From NCBI GenBank assembly GCA_002104945.1, contig MCFH01000012.1, positions 1 to 64,000 on the forward strand: a stretch of DNA of 64,000 nucleotides. The letters are read 5' to 3'. Position numbers and translations under genes: made by a program. The stretch comes from Piromyces finnis finn. Lineage: Eukaryota > Fungi > Neocallimastigomycota. The notes under the pieces are model-generated. The model saw nothing but the letters and a program-made list of their open reading frames with translations. It was not told the origin of the DNA and ran no database searches. This document shows, one piece after another, positions 1-12,693 of the stretch; position 1 is the stretch's first letter, and the number at the start of each line of letters is the position of its first letter.

Positions 1-2098
1 AAAAAGTAAGAATTTTCTATATTTATTATTTATTATATAATCATTTTAAATGTTGACATTTTCAATTAAAAAAAAAAAAATAGAAATGATAAACATTTAT
101 TTTTCTATATTAAAGTTTATTTTTTTTTAAATCGATCTTATTGATATTGTATACTTTAATAAATTATAATATATTTAATCGATATATTAAAGTAAACAAT
201 AAAATACATAATGCATTTATACAATAGAAATAAATTAATGTAGATTATATATTAAAACCATTATTTACATTACACAATATTTATATTAATAATTATAAAT
301 TAAAGTCATTTTTTAATTTATATCTTTAATTAAAACTTTATATTAAAATAAGGTGTTTTTCATATTACTAATGATGAATAATAATTTAATACTTTACATA
401 AAATGATAATTTAAACCATTTTTAAAAGTAATTAAATTTATTTGTGCAATAGAAATTTAATTTTTTATAAATCATTATGTGATATTATTTATATATCCTT
501 TTATAGAAAGAGAAAATTAATGAGACAATTTTCATATATATAATTTATCCTTTTATAGAAACAAGTCATAATTCATTAATATAACATACCCTTTTTAAAG
601 AATATAAAAGTAAATGTGATATTTTTCATTAATTTAAGCATTATTCATTAAAATAAAGATTCTATAGTATTAACAAATGCTATATCAGATTTTTTTAATT
701 AGAATAAATTACTTTATTGATATTTTATCTTTTTTATTAAAAAAATAATATTTTTTCTTTTCTTCTATTAATCTTATTTCATGTATTAAGCAAAATATGA
801 TTTTAGTCTTTTATTTTTTAGTAATATGGCATATTAAAAGGTATACTAATGATGTTAAATAATAAGGAATAGTAGAAATAATGAATATAATTTAAAGTTT
901 TTTATATATTAAAACTTAAAGAATAATATACATAAATGTAATTATTTTCCGCAATAATCCGTAAATCCACATAAAAATATGTAAATCTAATAAACAATAC
1001 CATTATTTAATCAGATAATTATTGATGAATATGATTATGAATATATTAATATATTCCAATATATTGTGTATTGGTAAAAAGTATTAAAAAATAAAAAGGA
1101 TGAATAAATATAATTTAAAAAATTCCATCGATCGATATGTAAATAGTTTATATAGACCACACCAACCCTCTATATATATTCTGTCACCCAAATAATATTC
1201 ATACAACGCATAAAAGAAAAGAAAGCATTTAATTTTTATTTTATATATTAAAATTCTTTTATTATTTTTACCATAAACAAACTTAATACATTGTTTATTA
1301 AACTTTTTGATATATTTATCAACATATATAGCGATGATGATACCTGATCCTAATAAATCAAATACTATTTATTTTTTGTGGAAAGGATCTTATATTGTGT
1401 TTATATTTTATTTTTAATAAGCCAATAAATAAATATTTACTTTGTTTTTATCCTCCTTAAATCAATGATCATTTTGTAAAAGTAATTATTTAATAAATTG
1501 TCTAGTGACCAATAATCAGGAATATATCTAAATCTTGAAAAAGAAAAATTTTTATAGGATAATGATGTTATATATACATTTTCTACTACAATTAGAATAG
1601 TATTCGTTAAGAAAAAAAAATAAAAAGTTTTTTTTTTAAAGCATTTACTGCATTAATAAATCGGTTGAATTATAAATACTGATATATAAATAATAAATAA
1701 TACATAATATGTAAGTGTTACTCATATAAGATGAATACTTTTAAGATTATCTATTTAATGTGTAGTGGCGTATGAAGTAAAGTTAAAATAGTAGAAACCT
1801 TTATTTTTGGTAATTTATCATTTACTTGATATTTTTCCTAAAAATAAATTAAGAAAAGATAATTATTAATTTTAAAATTTTATAAAATCAACCAATCAAA
1901 TTTTTAGTTTTGATCTTTTTTTGAATATATTATTAGGAAATCAATAAATTTTAATTTATTATTTAATATATAAATGAAATAATTTTTTTATTTAAAAATT
2001 TAGTATAAAAAGAAATATTAAACTTTAAAAATTTTGTTCTTTGCAATTCAAATTTTTTAATAAATTTATTTGTAAAATTCAATAAAAACACATATAAA

Positions 2099-3375
2099 AT
2101 GTCTGCTCTCGAACAACTTAAGAAATACACCACTGTTGTTTCCGATACCGGGGACTTTGAAAGTATATATCTATTTCAATGTGTAATTTAATAGTTGAAT
2201 AAGTGATATGTTTGAAACATTGCTATTAATATTGAATATTTAAATTGTATAGTCTTATTGTTATTTTGAATATTTAAAAATTAGTCTTTTTTTTTTTTAA
2301 ACGTTTTGTAATTTTTATTATACTATATTTTAAAAATTGAAAAAATGAGAATTAACACTTAAACTGTATATTTCAATATTAAGCTATTGCTCAATTCAAG
2401 CCACAAGATGCTACTACTAATCCATCACTCATTCTTCAAGCTTCCCAAAAACCACAATATGCTTACCTTATTGATGATGCTATTAAATACGCCAAGTCAA
2501 AGACTGAGTATGTATGATAACAGTAATATTGATGCTATTAAAAATAAAATTCAATATTAAATAAGTATTTAATTGATTGATAATAATTTTTTAGAAATCA
2601 AGAAGAACAAATTGCTTGGGCTGCCGATAAGCTTATCGTCAACTTTGGTGCTGAAATTTTAAAGATCATTCCAGGTCGTGTTTCCACTGAAGTTAATGCT
2701 AAGTTATCTTTCAACAAAGCTGCCACTATTGAAAAGGCTAAGAGATTAATTGCTCTTTACGAAGAAGCTGGTGTTAGTAAGGATCGTGTTTTAATTAAAA
2801 TTGCTTCTACTTGGGAAGGTATTCAAGCTGCCCAAGAATTAGAAAGTAAGTATGGTATTCACTGTAACTTAACTCTTCTTTTCGGTTTCCCACAAGCTGT
2901 TGCCTGTGCTGAAGCTAAAGTTACTTTAATCTCACCATTTGTTGGTCGTATTCTTGATTGGTACAAAAAGAGTACTGGAAAGAATTACGAAGCTGTTGAA
3001 GACCCAGGTGTTCACTCTGTTCAAAGAATTTACAACTACTACAAGAAGTATGACTACAACACCATTGTTATGGGTGCCTCTTTCCGTAATGTTGGTGAAA
3101 TTGAACAACTTGTTGGTGTTGATTTCTTAACCATTTCTCCAGCTCTTCTTACCTCCTTACAACAAGCTACTAACACCTTAGAACCAAAATTATCTGTTGA
3201 ATCTGCCAAAGCTATGGATATTCCATATGTTAGCTATATTAATGATGAAGTTGCTTTCCGTTGGGATATGAACCAAGATTCTATGGCCACTGAAAAATTA
3301 AGTGAAGGTATTAAGAAGTTTGGTGAAGATCAAGATAAATTAGAAAAAATGTTATCTGAAAAATTAGCTCTCTAA
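2099..3375 (+). CDS. TAL1: Transaldolase (3 exons: 2099-2162, 2384-~2507, ~2597-3375)
   Basis: Spliced translation [39 protein letters not shown]...PGRVSTEV...[12 protein letters not shown]...CNLTLLF...[12 protein letters not shown]. These are class I transaldolase signatures with the catalytic Lys in LIKIAST; GT-AG introns keep the frame. Confidence 0.96.
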
Positions 3376-3974
3376 ATAAAAGTAATAAAACAACTTTAAT
3401 TTTTAAGTTATGTAAAATAACTATCTATGCTATTGAAAATAGAAACGAATAAACGATTAAAGTAGTATTTTCAATAATATAATATTTAAACATTTAAACA
3501 AAAAATGAAAAAAAAAGAATACCAGTGAAAATGAAAAATTAAAAAGAAATATATATTAAGAAAAAAATAGAAGTTTAATTTTAAAAAAAAAAAATAAAAT
3601 AAAATATTTAATTAAATGTATTATGTATTATAAAAACTATTTATTAAAAAACAAAACAAAACAAAATAAATAATTTATTAAAAAAAATTACATTGATATT
3701 ATTTTTTATGATCTATCTATATAGTTATTGCTTTTTTTTTTTTTATGAAAATTTTCATAATATACATTTCATAAATATATCATTTTATAATATATTTATG
3801 AAATGATATTTATTATTTTTTAATAATAATATTATTAAATTAATAGAAATAAAGGTAATTGTATTTTTTTAGTTAACGTTTGTTTATTTTAAAAATATGT
3901 TAATATCGGTATATAAATATAAATGTCGTAAAAAAAAAAAAGATGTATTTAATTATTCTAATGTGTATAAAAAA

Positions 3975-4263
3975 GAATTTAAGTTTCATCATGGAAAAGT
4001 TTTAACAAGATTTAAGGGAATGAAAAGGACTATGTAAATGACAAACTAAACAAATTATAACATTTTTGACAATTATCATAGAACTTTATACAAAAATCAT
4101 ATTATTATTTAAAACAGGTAAATGATCAAAAGGTTAAAACCATTAACCAATAGCACATCAATATTAATAAACAGTAAGACAGGCCAATGGATCTAGCCCA
4201 TCTTAAACTTCTCAGTATAATGAACAATATAGTTTTGATTTTTAGGCTCCTTAAAAGTCAAAA
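3975..4263 (+). mobile_element. Decayed 3' fragment of the LINE family at 28695-33260
   Basis: Collinear matches to the LINE sense strand: tttaagggaatgaaaaggactatgtaa vs ttcaagggaatggaaagaactttgtaa, an exact 18-mer AAACAGTAAGACAGGCCA (4169-4186), and ttttgat...ggctc...aagtcaaa at the 3' end. Confidence 0.85.
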
Positions 4264-5133
4264 AGCTACTATTATTCTGGAATATAAAATTTAATTTTTT
4301 TTAGAGTACATGTATTAAATTTTAGTTAATAAAGGCTACAATTAGAGAATAACAACAACTAATGAAAAGAATTGGAAGGGCATCTAAAAATAAAATGATG
4401 AATGTTTTATAATATATTTTGTATTATCTTTCATGACGATAAAAAAAAAAAAATAAATAGAATACCGTTGCTTCTTCTCATTTCTGATTTTTACACTAAA
4501 ATAAAATGTAAAGACTAAATCCATTTTATGGTGGTTTTTTTGTATTGTATATTAAACACAATATATTACAATATATAGAGATTGTATATTGATTGTACTA
4601 TTTTAATTATATTTTAATTATACCATCTATGGATGATAATCCAATAAACAATAAATTTTAATATATTTAAAGTTTTTAGTGATATTAAATTGTATTTTTT
4701 TAATTTAAAAATATGATGATTAATTAATAAGTAATAATATAAATTTTATATAATAATAATAAACTCCTATAAATGACATAATCTTTGTAGTACAATATAT
4801 TGATATATAAAACAATATTATTATAATATATTTATATATAATAATATTAAAATATTAATTAAATATATCATTTCATCATTTCTATTTATTTTTTATAATA
4901 TTAAAAAAAAAGGTAGTTATATATTTATTAAATAAAATTATTATATGTAAAATTTATTTAAATTATTTTTTATATATAAACACTAAAATTTTAATTTTAT
5001 AATTAAACTACATAATTTTTTATTTATCCTTGTATTTTTTTTTCTTTTTAAAATAAAAAAAGAATTCAAAGAATTTAAAATAATATAAAAAAAAATAATA
5101 GTAAATAATAATATATAAAATTGGTAAATTAAA

Positions 5134-6183
5134 ATGGCTATATCAAAGGAACATTTCGGAAAAACAAAGGACGGTAAAGAAGTTAGTCTTTATACTTTAA
5201 AGAATGGAAAGGGAATGGAAGCCGTTATAACCGATTTCGGTGCAATTTTAGTTAATTTACTTGTTAAAAATAATAAGGGTGAAGTTAAGGATGTTGTTCT
5301 TGGTTTTGACAAATTCGAAGATTATGAAAGTAATCCAGCCTTTTTCGGTAGTACTGTTGGTCCAAGTGCTAACAGAATTGCTAAGGGTGAATGTGTCATT
5401 GAAGGAAAGAAATATCAATTAATAAAAAATAATGATGGTAATAACCTTCATAGTGACTATGAAATTGGTTTCCATAAGCAAATGTGGACTGCTGAAATAC
5501 TTGAAAATATTAATGGTGTTAAATTCTCTTATGAAATGCCAGATGGTCTTGTTGGTTTACCAGGTAACATGAAGGTTAGTGTTACATATTCTTTAACCGA
5601 AGATAATGAATTAAAGCTTGAATATGAAGGTGTTAGTGATAAAGCTACCATCTTTAACTTAACTAATCACAGTTACTTTGATCTTGCTGGTCATGATGCC
5701 GGTAAAAAGGCTGTTCTTGACACTAAACTTACATTAAGTGCCTCTAAATTCACAGAAATTGATTCTGGTGCCATTCCAACTGGTAAATTAATTGATGTTA
5801 AGGGAACTGCTATGGACTTCACTTCTCCAAAATTAATAGGAGAAGGAATTGATTCAGACTGGGAACAAATGACTATGGTTAAAGGTTATGATCACAATTA
5901 TGCTATTGATAACTATGATGGTACTTTAAGAAAGTTTGCTGTTGCTAGTTGCGATGGTCGTACAATGGAAGTCTATACCGATCTTCCAGGATTCCAATTC
6001 TATTCTGGAAACAACCTTTCACCACTTGTTGGTAAAAATGGTGTTAATTATGATGTAAGAGATGCCTTCTGTTTAGAAACTCAATATTTCCCAAACAGTG
6101 TTAACGAATCATCTTTTGTTTCTCCAGTCAAGAAGGCAGGAGAAAAGTATCATACTGTCACTATCTATAAATTTTTATGTTAA
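5134..6183 (+). CDS. galM: Aldose 1-epimerase (galactose mutarotase), intronless, bacterial-type
   Basis: 349-aa ORF with GalM motifs G.SANRIA.G, NNLHS, NLTNHSYFDL (catalytic His), GYDHNY and CLETQYFP (catalytic Glu). Confidence 0.95.
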   Translation: MAISKEHFGKTKDGKEVSLYTLKNGKGMEAVITDFGAILVNLLVKNNKGEVKDVVLGFDKFEDYESNPAFFGSTVGPSANRIAKGECVIEGKKYQLIKNNDGNNLHSDYEIGFHKQMWTAEILENINGVKFSYEMPDGLVGLPGNMKVSVTYSLTEDNELKLEYEGVSDKATIFNLTNHSYFDLAGHDAGKKAVLDTKLTLSASKFTEIDSGAIPTGKLIDVKGTAMDFTSPKLIGEGIDSDWEQMTMVKGYDHNYAIDNYDGTLRKFAVASCDGRTMEVYTDLPGFQFYSGNNLSPLVGKNGVNYDVRDAFCLETQYFPNSVNESSFVSPVKKAGEKYHTVTIYKFLC

Positions 6184-7146
6184 AAAAATCTAATAGTAAT
6201 ATAATCATTGTATATATAAAAAATAAGTACATTTATGATAAAGTCATTTCAACTAACTATAAAAAAATTGGAAATAAAATATCCAATATAGTTAATATAT
6301 ATTATTGCATAAAAAATATTAAAAACTTTTTAAATGTAGTATTAATACATAAAAAATTAATGTTGTATTTATAAAATTATATGAAAATGCCTAAAAAAAT
6401 AAAAATGTATTAAATAAAAATAAAATAAAAATAAAAATAAAAAAAAATATGTAAAGAAAAAACTCTAAAAGATGATAAAACTAATAGTATATAAATTAAT
6501 AATTTTTAGAACGAGAATGTTTAACGATATTAAATAAAAAAAAGATGAAAAAATATTATTTAAAATAATTAATATTTTACATAAAGTTCTGTTTTTTTTT
6601 TTTTTTTTTTTTTTGATTTTATATTCAAAAAGATTTTAAGATCATCAAAAAATTTTATTAAATAATATAATGGAAGGCTTGAATATCTATTAAAGTACTT
6701 TATACAATTGAAATTTATATTAACTAACTTGTTTAAGAAATATTCATATAATACTAATAAAAATATTTCATAAACCTTTATATTTTTTATATATAGTAAT
6801 TAATAGTTTATATTGCGTTTTATTAAATATTTTAACACATTGTTTATTCATCAAATGTATAGCAACAACGTATTCATGATATCTTATATTTTTATATCAT
6901 AAGTTGATATCACAAGAATCTTTTTTTCATTTTTTTGAAAAAAAAAAAAAAAATGTTTTGTATTTTCTTCTTTTATTTATTTTATTTTTCTAAATTCATT
7001 CAAGAATTAGCAAATATTTATTTTTATATATGTAATCAAGAATTAGCAAATATTTCATTTTAATTAATAATAAATAAAAATTACGAATATATATATATAT
7101 AATAAAATAAAAATAGTAATTTGATGACCTATATCATTTGTTCTTT

Positions 7147-7457
7147 GTGGGATTAAATCCTACCCTAGTAAATTAAACGAAATAAAAAAGAAAAGTAGTG
7201 TCAGGTAGGATAATGTGATTTGTATTAAACTTTTGCATGAGCTCCTAATGTTTTTTGATTAAGGAATGAAAATATTGAACCCTGTGTTATGGAATATTAG
7301 AAATGTTCCTTTGCCATATTAGTATGATATTGGCGTTCTTGATTATGTTAGACGTCTTACTAAGCTATCTATCAAAAAGTAGCTTCATAGAGCTACTAAT
7401 GATAAGGATCGTTTTAGCAAGAAAAGCCGAGACCCTCTATCTATGGAACATGAGACC
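7147..7457. repeat. Unclassified dispersed repeat 'X', most complete copy (~310 bp)
   Basis: Collinear similarity to 28020-28288 (diverged, roughly 70-75% by eye) and to 34152-34226 (5 mismatches plus a 2-nt gap over ~75 nt). Confidence 0.85.
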
Positions 7458-8736
7458 TTGATGAATTGTAACGCTGTTCATTTAAGTATCCTTATTCTGC
7501 CTTAACCGATTTGTAAGTCATCAAAGTCTAAAGTTCCATCAAGAAGGAACGTAAAAAATAGTTATTTTTTAAATGTGAATTTTTGTATTATTACTGTATT
7601 TTGTAATTTTTTTTAGTTGTTTTGCGATTAATATAAATTTGTTGAATGAATAATGAATATTGTGTTATATTTTTGTAATTATTGGTTTTAAAGTATTCAT
7701 TTAGGTTTAATTAGTGTTTATTTAGAGATAGATATTATATTTTTAGATTGGCACTCAAGCTATTTCTATTATATTAATATACCAAAACAATCTAATTTAC
7801 AGAGTATATTAATGATAGGGACTGAATCCTACCTTTCAATAATTTAAAAAACTAAATATATTTCTTTATCATCTAATTGATGTATACTAAATTTTTTTTT
7901 CTTTTTTTTTTTTGGATTATAATGAAAAAGACTGATAATTTCTTTATTTCTTGGGAAAGTGAAGTTGCTCAGGTTTAATGAAATTGTTCTAAAGATCACA
8001 ATCTGAAATTTTAGGTAGTGATTATCTTTGAAATTATTTTAATACTATTATTAATTAATGAGTAAACAATTTAAATTATCGCAATCTTCCTTTATAGGAA
8101 TAGAAACAATACTCGAATTAAGAAAGCCGCCATCCTAAATTCAATTGAATAATTTATGAATAAACTTTAAATCAAGAACATAATTACAAAGAAATATAGT
8201 TTCCAGAAGTATTATTACCAGAATTGATATTAGAAATAGTGTTTCAGAGATTTTATAAATAATTATTATCAGAAAAATTATTCCAAGGAAATGATATATC
8301 TTATTATTCAAATATAAGAAGTAAAATATAATATATATATATATGCTTTTTCTTTTTATATCTATGCTTCAGATTAGGACTTACACCCTCAGAATTTAAG
8401 TTTTTTTTTTTTTTTAATAGTGGTCCTTTCATATATTTCATTATTCTTCCTGGAGAACTAACTATTTCCTTTTTTCATTTTTTTTAATAATTTGTTGGGT
8501 GCAATAAAGGAAGCGTTATTCCCCAATTTTAATAGTTTTCTTAATCTATTTTTAAGCCTTTTTGAATTGTGTTTGTTTTCCTATAATTATCATTTATTTT
8601 AATACAATGAAGATATTTCTATTTCTTATATCCACTATACATTTGTAATTGGTATCAGTAGAATTAAGATACTTTCTCAATCATTCTAATAAACTTTTCT
8701 AGTTTAATTTTTTTATAAAATTGCATTTCGAATTTC

Positions 8737-9241
8737 TGAAAACTAAAATATTTGTTGTTGAAATGAAAATTTGATTATTTCATTAATCGTAGTAATGTTA
8801 CCAATATCATAAGATCTTTTGAATATCAATCATTCCATTTTTTTTTTTATTTTTTATTTTTTTGTACTTATTGATGAATGAAATTGCATGGAAATGTAAT
8901 GATTGAAATCAATAATAAAAAAATACTAATATCCATAACCTTATAAGATCTTTATTCAATTGGCTATTATTAACGATAAAAAATACCCGGAATGGAAAGA
9001 GGAGTGAGCTTGACTGCACGGAGCATTTCATGCAGTGATATTTTTTTATTTTCGTTTTATATTTCATAATCTTCATATTATATATTGTGGATATTTCGAT
9101 ACTTGTATATGAATACTTTAATCCTTATATTATATATTTTATATTATATATACTGCTTATTATGAATATTTCATTAAATATACGAATATTTGAAAACTAA
9201 AATATTTGTTGTTGAAATGAAAATTTGAATATTTCATTAAT
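8737..9241. repeat. 51-bp direct repeat pair (8737-8787 and 9191-9241)
   Basis: tgaaaactaaaatatttgttgttgaaatgaaaatttga(t/a)tatttcattaat, 1 mismatch. Confidence 0.85.
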
Positions 9242-9930
9242 GTTAAGTTCCTCAACAACTGAAAGAGAAATTGAAGTAAACAATTTTACAGAATTTATCT
9301 ATTGAAATATCAAGGTCGTTGAAAGTATTTAAGTTTATTTTAAGTGAGAATTGAATCCTATTTTTTTTTTTTTTTTTTTTTTTTTAGATGCAATTTAATA
9401 TTATAATAAATGATTGAATATTTAAATCTTTTAGTTTAGACCATAAAGATTGAATGATATAGCCTTATAAATATCTGAAATTTATTGTATTCCTTTTATT
9501 GACATGCTTTTGGATAGTCTCAAAACTTTATTAGAACTAAGTAAATGTAAATAAAATGATATTCTACTAATCGCTTGTAAATTAGATAATATGAATAGGA
9601 AAAACTATACTTTACTAAGTCACCTTGTCGGGAGGAGTTTTTATTTATTATTCCTTATTGTTAACAAATCCAATTGAAATTAAAACTCTTACAAAAACTA
9701 TTAAAAAAATTTGTAATCCTATCACAAATTAGTTAAAATATATATATATATAATATTTTTAATACTATATTATTTAATATTTAAAAAATACTTAAATTGT
9801 TGGTTTTTAAAATGGAAATTAAAGAAATATTAGAAAATAAAATAAAATAAAAAAAAAAAAGTTAGAAATAAAACAAAATAAAATGATTGAAACCAAAATT
9901 TTTTTATAATTATGCCTAATTAAAAAATAG

Positions 9931-10390
9931 GTTAGTAAAGGAGTATGGATGAGGTTTCAGGTTACGGAATTGTATCCTTTATATTCTAATATTTTATTTC
10001 AAAAAATTTAAATATTCTTCCGTCACCATAAAAATGTACATTAATTCATGTTGGATATTTTTTATGGTCTGAGTAGGACTCTTAATGAAAAATTACAGAA
10101 ACAGAAACATGATGATGTTAAAAACTTTTATTGGAAAGATTTTAGAGGAGAATTAATCAAGATTTAATATTACAGTGGTAACAAATTTGTAGCAGAGGTC
10201 AAATTTTTTCTGGCTAAAAAGTCTGGCTAAATTCTTCAAAAATCTAGGATTTATATTATCAATAACAACAACAACAACAACAATAACAACAATAAAGATA
10301 ACTTTAGTAACAGTAACAATAAAAATGCCAAAGCTAATAGTTATAATGTTAGATAAAATAATATTTATAGTAATTTTAAATTTGAACAAT
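9931..10390 (+). mobile_element. Decayed LINE fragment (C-terminal, post-RT region)
   Basis: 10072 onward translates SRTLNEKLQKQKHDDVKNFYWKDFRGELIKI*YYSGNKFV vs intact LINE SRTLDKKLKKHGDVKAVKNFYWKDLKGNSIKAQYYDDNKFI. It has an in-frame stop and is followed by an AAC/AAT-rich stretch like the LINE's Asn-rich segment. Confidence 0.85.
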
Positions 10391-12597
10391 TAGCTTAGTT
10401 TAAATAATAATTATTCATGTTATAATAGTAACCGTTTTTTTTTTTTTTTTTTAATCTTAATTAATATTACATAACATACACTTATTTTTCATTCTTTTGT
10501 ACTAAAATTAATTTCGATTTTTTATTATTATTATTAATATTTTTTTTTTTACATAAAGTATATTTTATAAAACATAAAATTTAAAGTTGAATATATTGAA
10601 TTAATATATATTTTACTGATAATGAAGAAATATTCTATTTCAAATCTTTTGAAAATAAAAATAGTACAACTTTGTGAATTCCTGCAACTTATTATATTTC
10701 CTTTATTAATATTTCAAATAAATGAAGGTGTATTCAAAAAGAGTTTGGAATTTTTATGTTTTTTATATAACATGTCACAGAAGTGAAAAACAGCCTTTTC
10801 GAAGCAAAGGCAGAGAAACCATCTTGAAAGGGTGTGTTGAAAATTAATTCAATTAATATTTTAATTATTATTTTTTCAAGTTGTAGAGTGAGACATTTTT
10901 TTTAAAGAATACAAAGTAACAGTAACTATGAATATAATAAATCAAAAGTAACTAATATCATGTTAATTATTAAAAACTTCAATCACTAAAACAACAGCGA
11001 CAACCACCTACTACACAAACTCTAGAATCATCATATTGTATTGAAAATTGGTAATAGTGTAATAATATTTTATACGTCAATCTAACATATTAAAAGAGCT
11101 TAACATTTAGTTGCGTCAAATAAAACATAATGATTAGTATTCACAAAATATGGAAATTAAATAAGGCATGAAATTTCATTTTTAAAAAAAAATATGGAAT
11201 AAAAATATCTTGATATAATTTTTTTGTTTTATTGTTTTCTTTAATAATACAGAAGACTCATAATAATAAATAAAAGAATGTTTATTGTTTATTGATTATT
11301 TTATTAATATGATTTTTTAAAAATATAAAACATAAAATAAAAAATTACTATACTATTATCCTTATATAATGTAAAGTAAAATTTTGTAGAAACTGTAAAT
11401 GTTATTTTATTTTTAATTTAGATATAATATGTCTATTTGTTTAATTATCACAATACGGATAAGAATATTTTTATAAAAATCACCTATGAATAATTAAAAT
11501 ATAAAGTATACTTTCAAAAATATTTTTTAAAGGTCTTTTCATTATTTTTACATAAAATCATCACTATTCCAGTGTTAAATTCTTATTTCTTACTTCTTTA
11601 CTTTTTTTATAAATTAATTTTGTCAAGGTTTAAAAATTATATACTATCAATATATTGTAATATAAATGTGATCCATATATTAGTATAAATTAATTTATTT
11701 TATTTATTGAAATTTAAATAAATGATTTATCACTTGGTTTTTGAATTAATTAAAATATTATTTTCTATATATTAAATTATATTGTAAATATATTAGAATA
11801 TTGAACATTCTTTTCTTTGTTATAAAAAAAAAAACAATTTTATTTTTTAAAATTTTATAAAATGAAATATATCTATATAAAAAAAAAAGGAAATCAATTT
11901 TTAAAATAAAATATACATTTTGATTTATAATTCAACAAAATTCATTTTTTAAATCACACACACTCAAACAGACATACACATTCACACATGTAAAATAAAG
12001 AAAATGCAATAAACTATAAATAGCATTATAAATAATAAAATTTTCTAAATATCAAGTAATTTTTGCAATTTAATATATAAATATTAAATTATAAAAGAGA
12101 AATAAAAAACAATTTTAAATAGAAAAAAAAAAAAAGTGTTCAAATTAAGTGCTATTATTTAATAATATATTGTTAATATCATTACAGCTCTTTAATTACC
12201 ACAAACCATATAATCTCCCATTTTATTTAAAAAAAATTATTATATAATAAAAATACCGATATAATTCAAAACAAATATGTATATTTAAATTTTGCTTAAT
12301 ATTTTAATTTTTAATTATAGTTTATTTAATCGATTGAACACAAAACATTAAAATAAATAAATAAATAATAGTAAAACAAAATAAAATAAAACGGATAAAG
12401 TAAATAAACAAACAAAAAACAAAAACAATAGTAATACAATGTCAACTTATAGCAATCAATTGATAAATAAATAATATTACTATTAATAATAACCATTAAT
12501 ACCAAAAATTGTAATATTAATATTAAAAGTAATAATTATAAAAAATAAAATTTAAAATTTAAAACAAAAGAATAAATATAAAGTTAAAGAAACATTG

Positions 12598-12636
<39 letters not shown>

Positions 12637-12693
12637 AAAAATTAATTTTAAAAAAACAAAATCTAAATATAATTATAATTATAAAAAACAAAA

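Noticed and set aside
8190-8260. F-box-like peptide (FPEVLLPELILEIVF) in the gene-free zone
   Set aside because: Short, bounded by stops, with no splice-supported continuation.
10780-10840. GC-richer patch with hairpin GCCTTT-TCGAAGC-AAAGGC
   Set aside because: A 6-bp stem alone is not significant; no second copy, TSD or recognisable RNA family.
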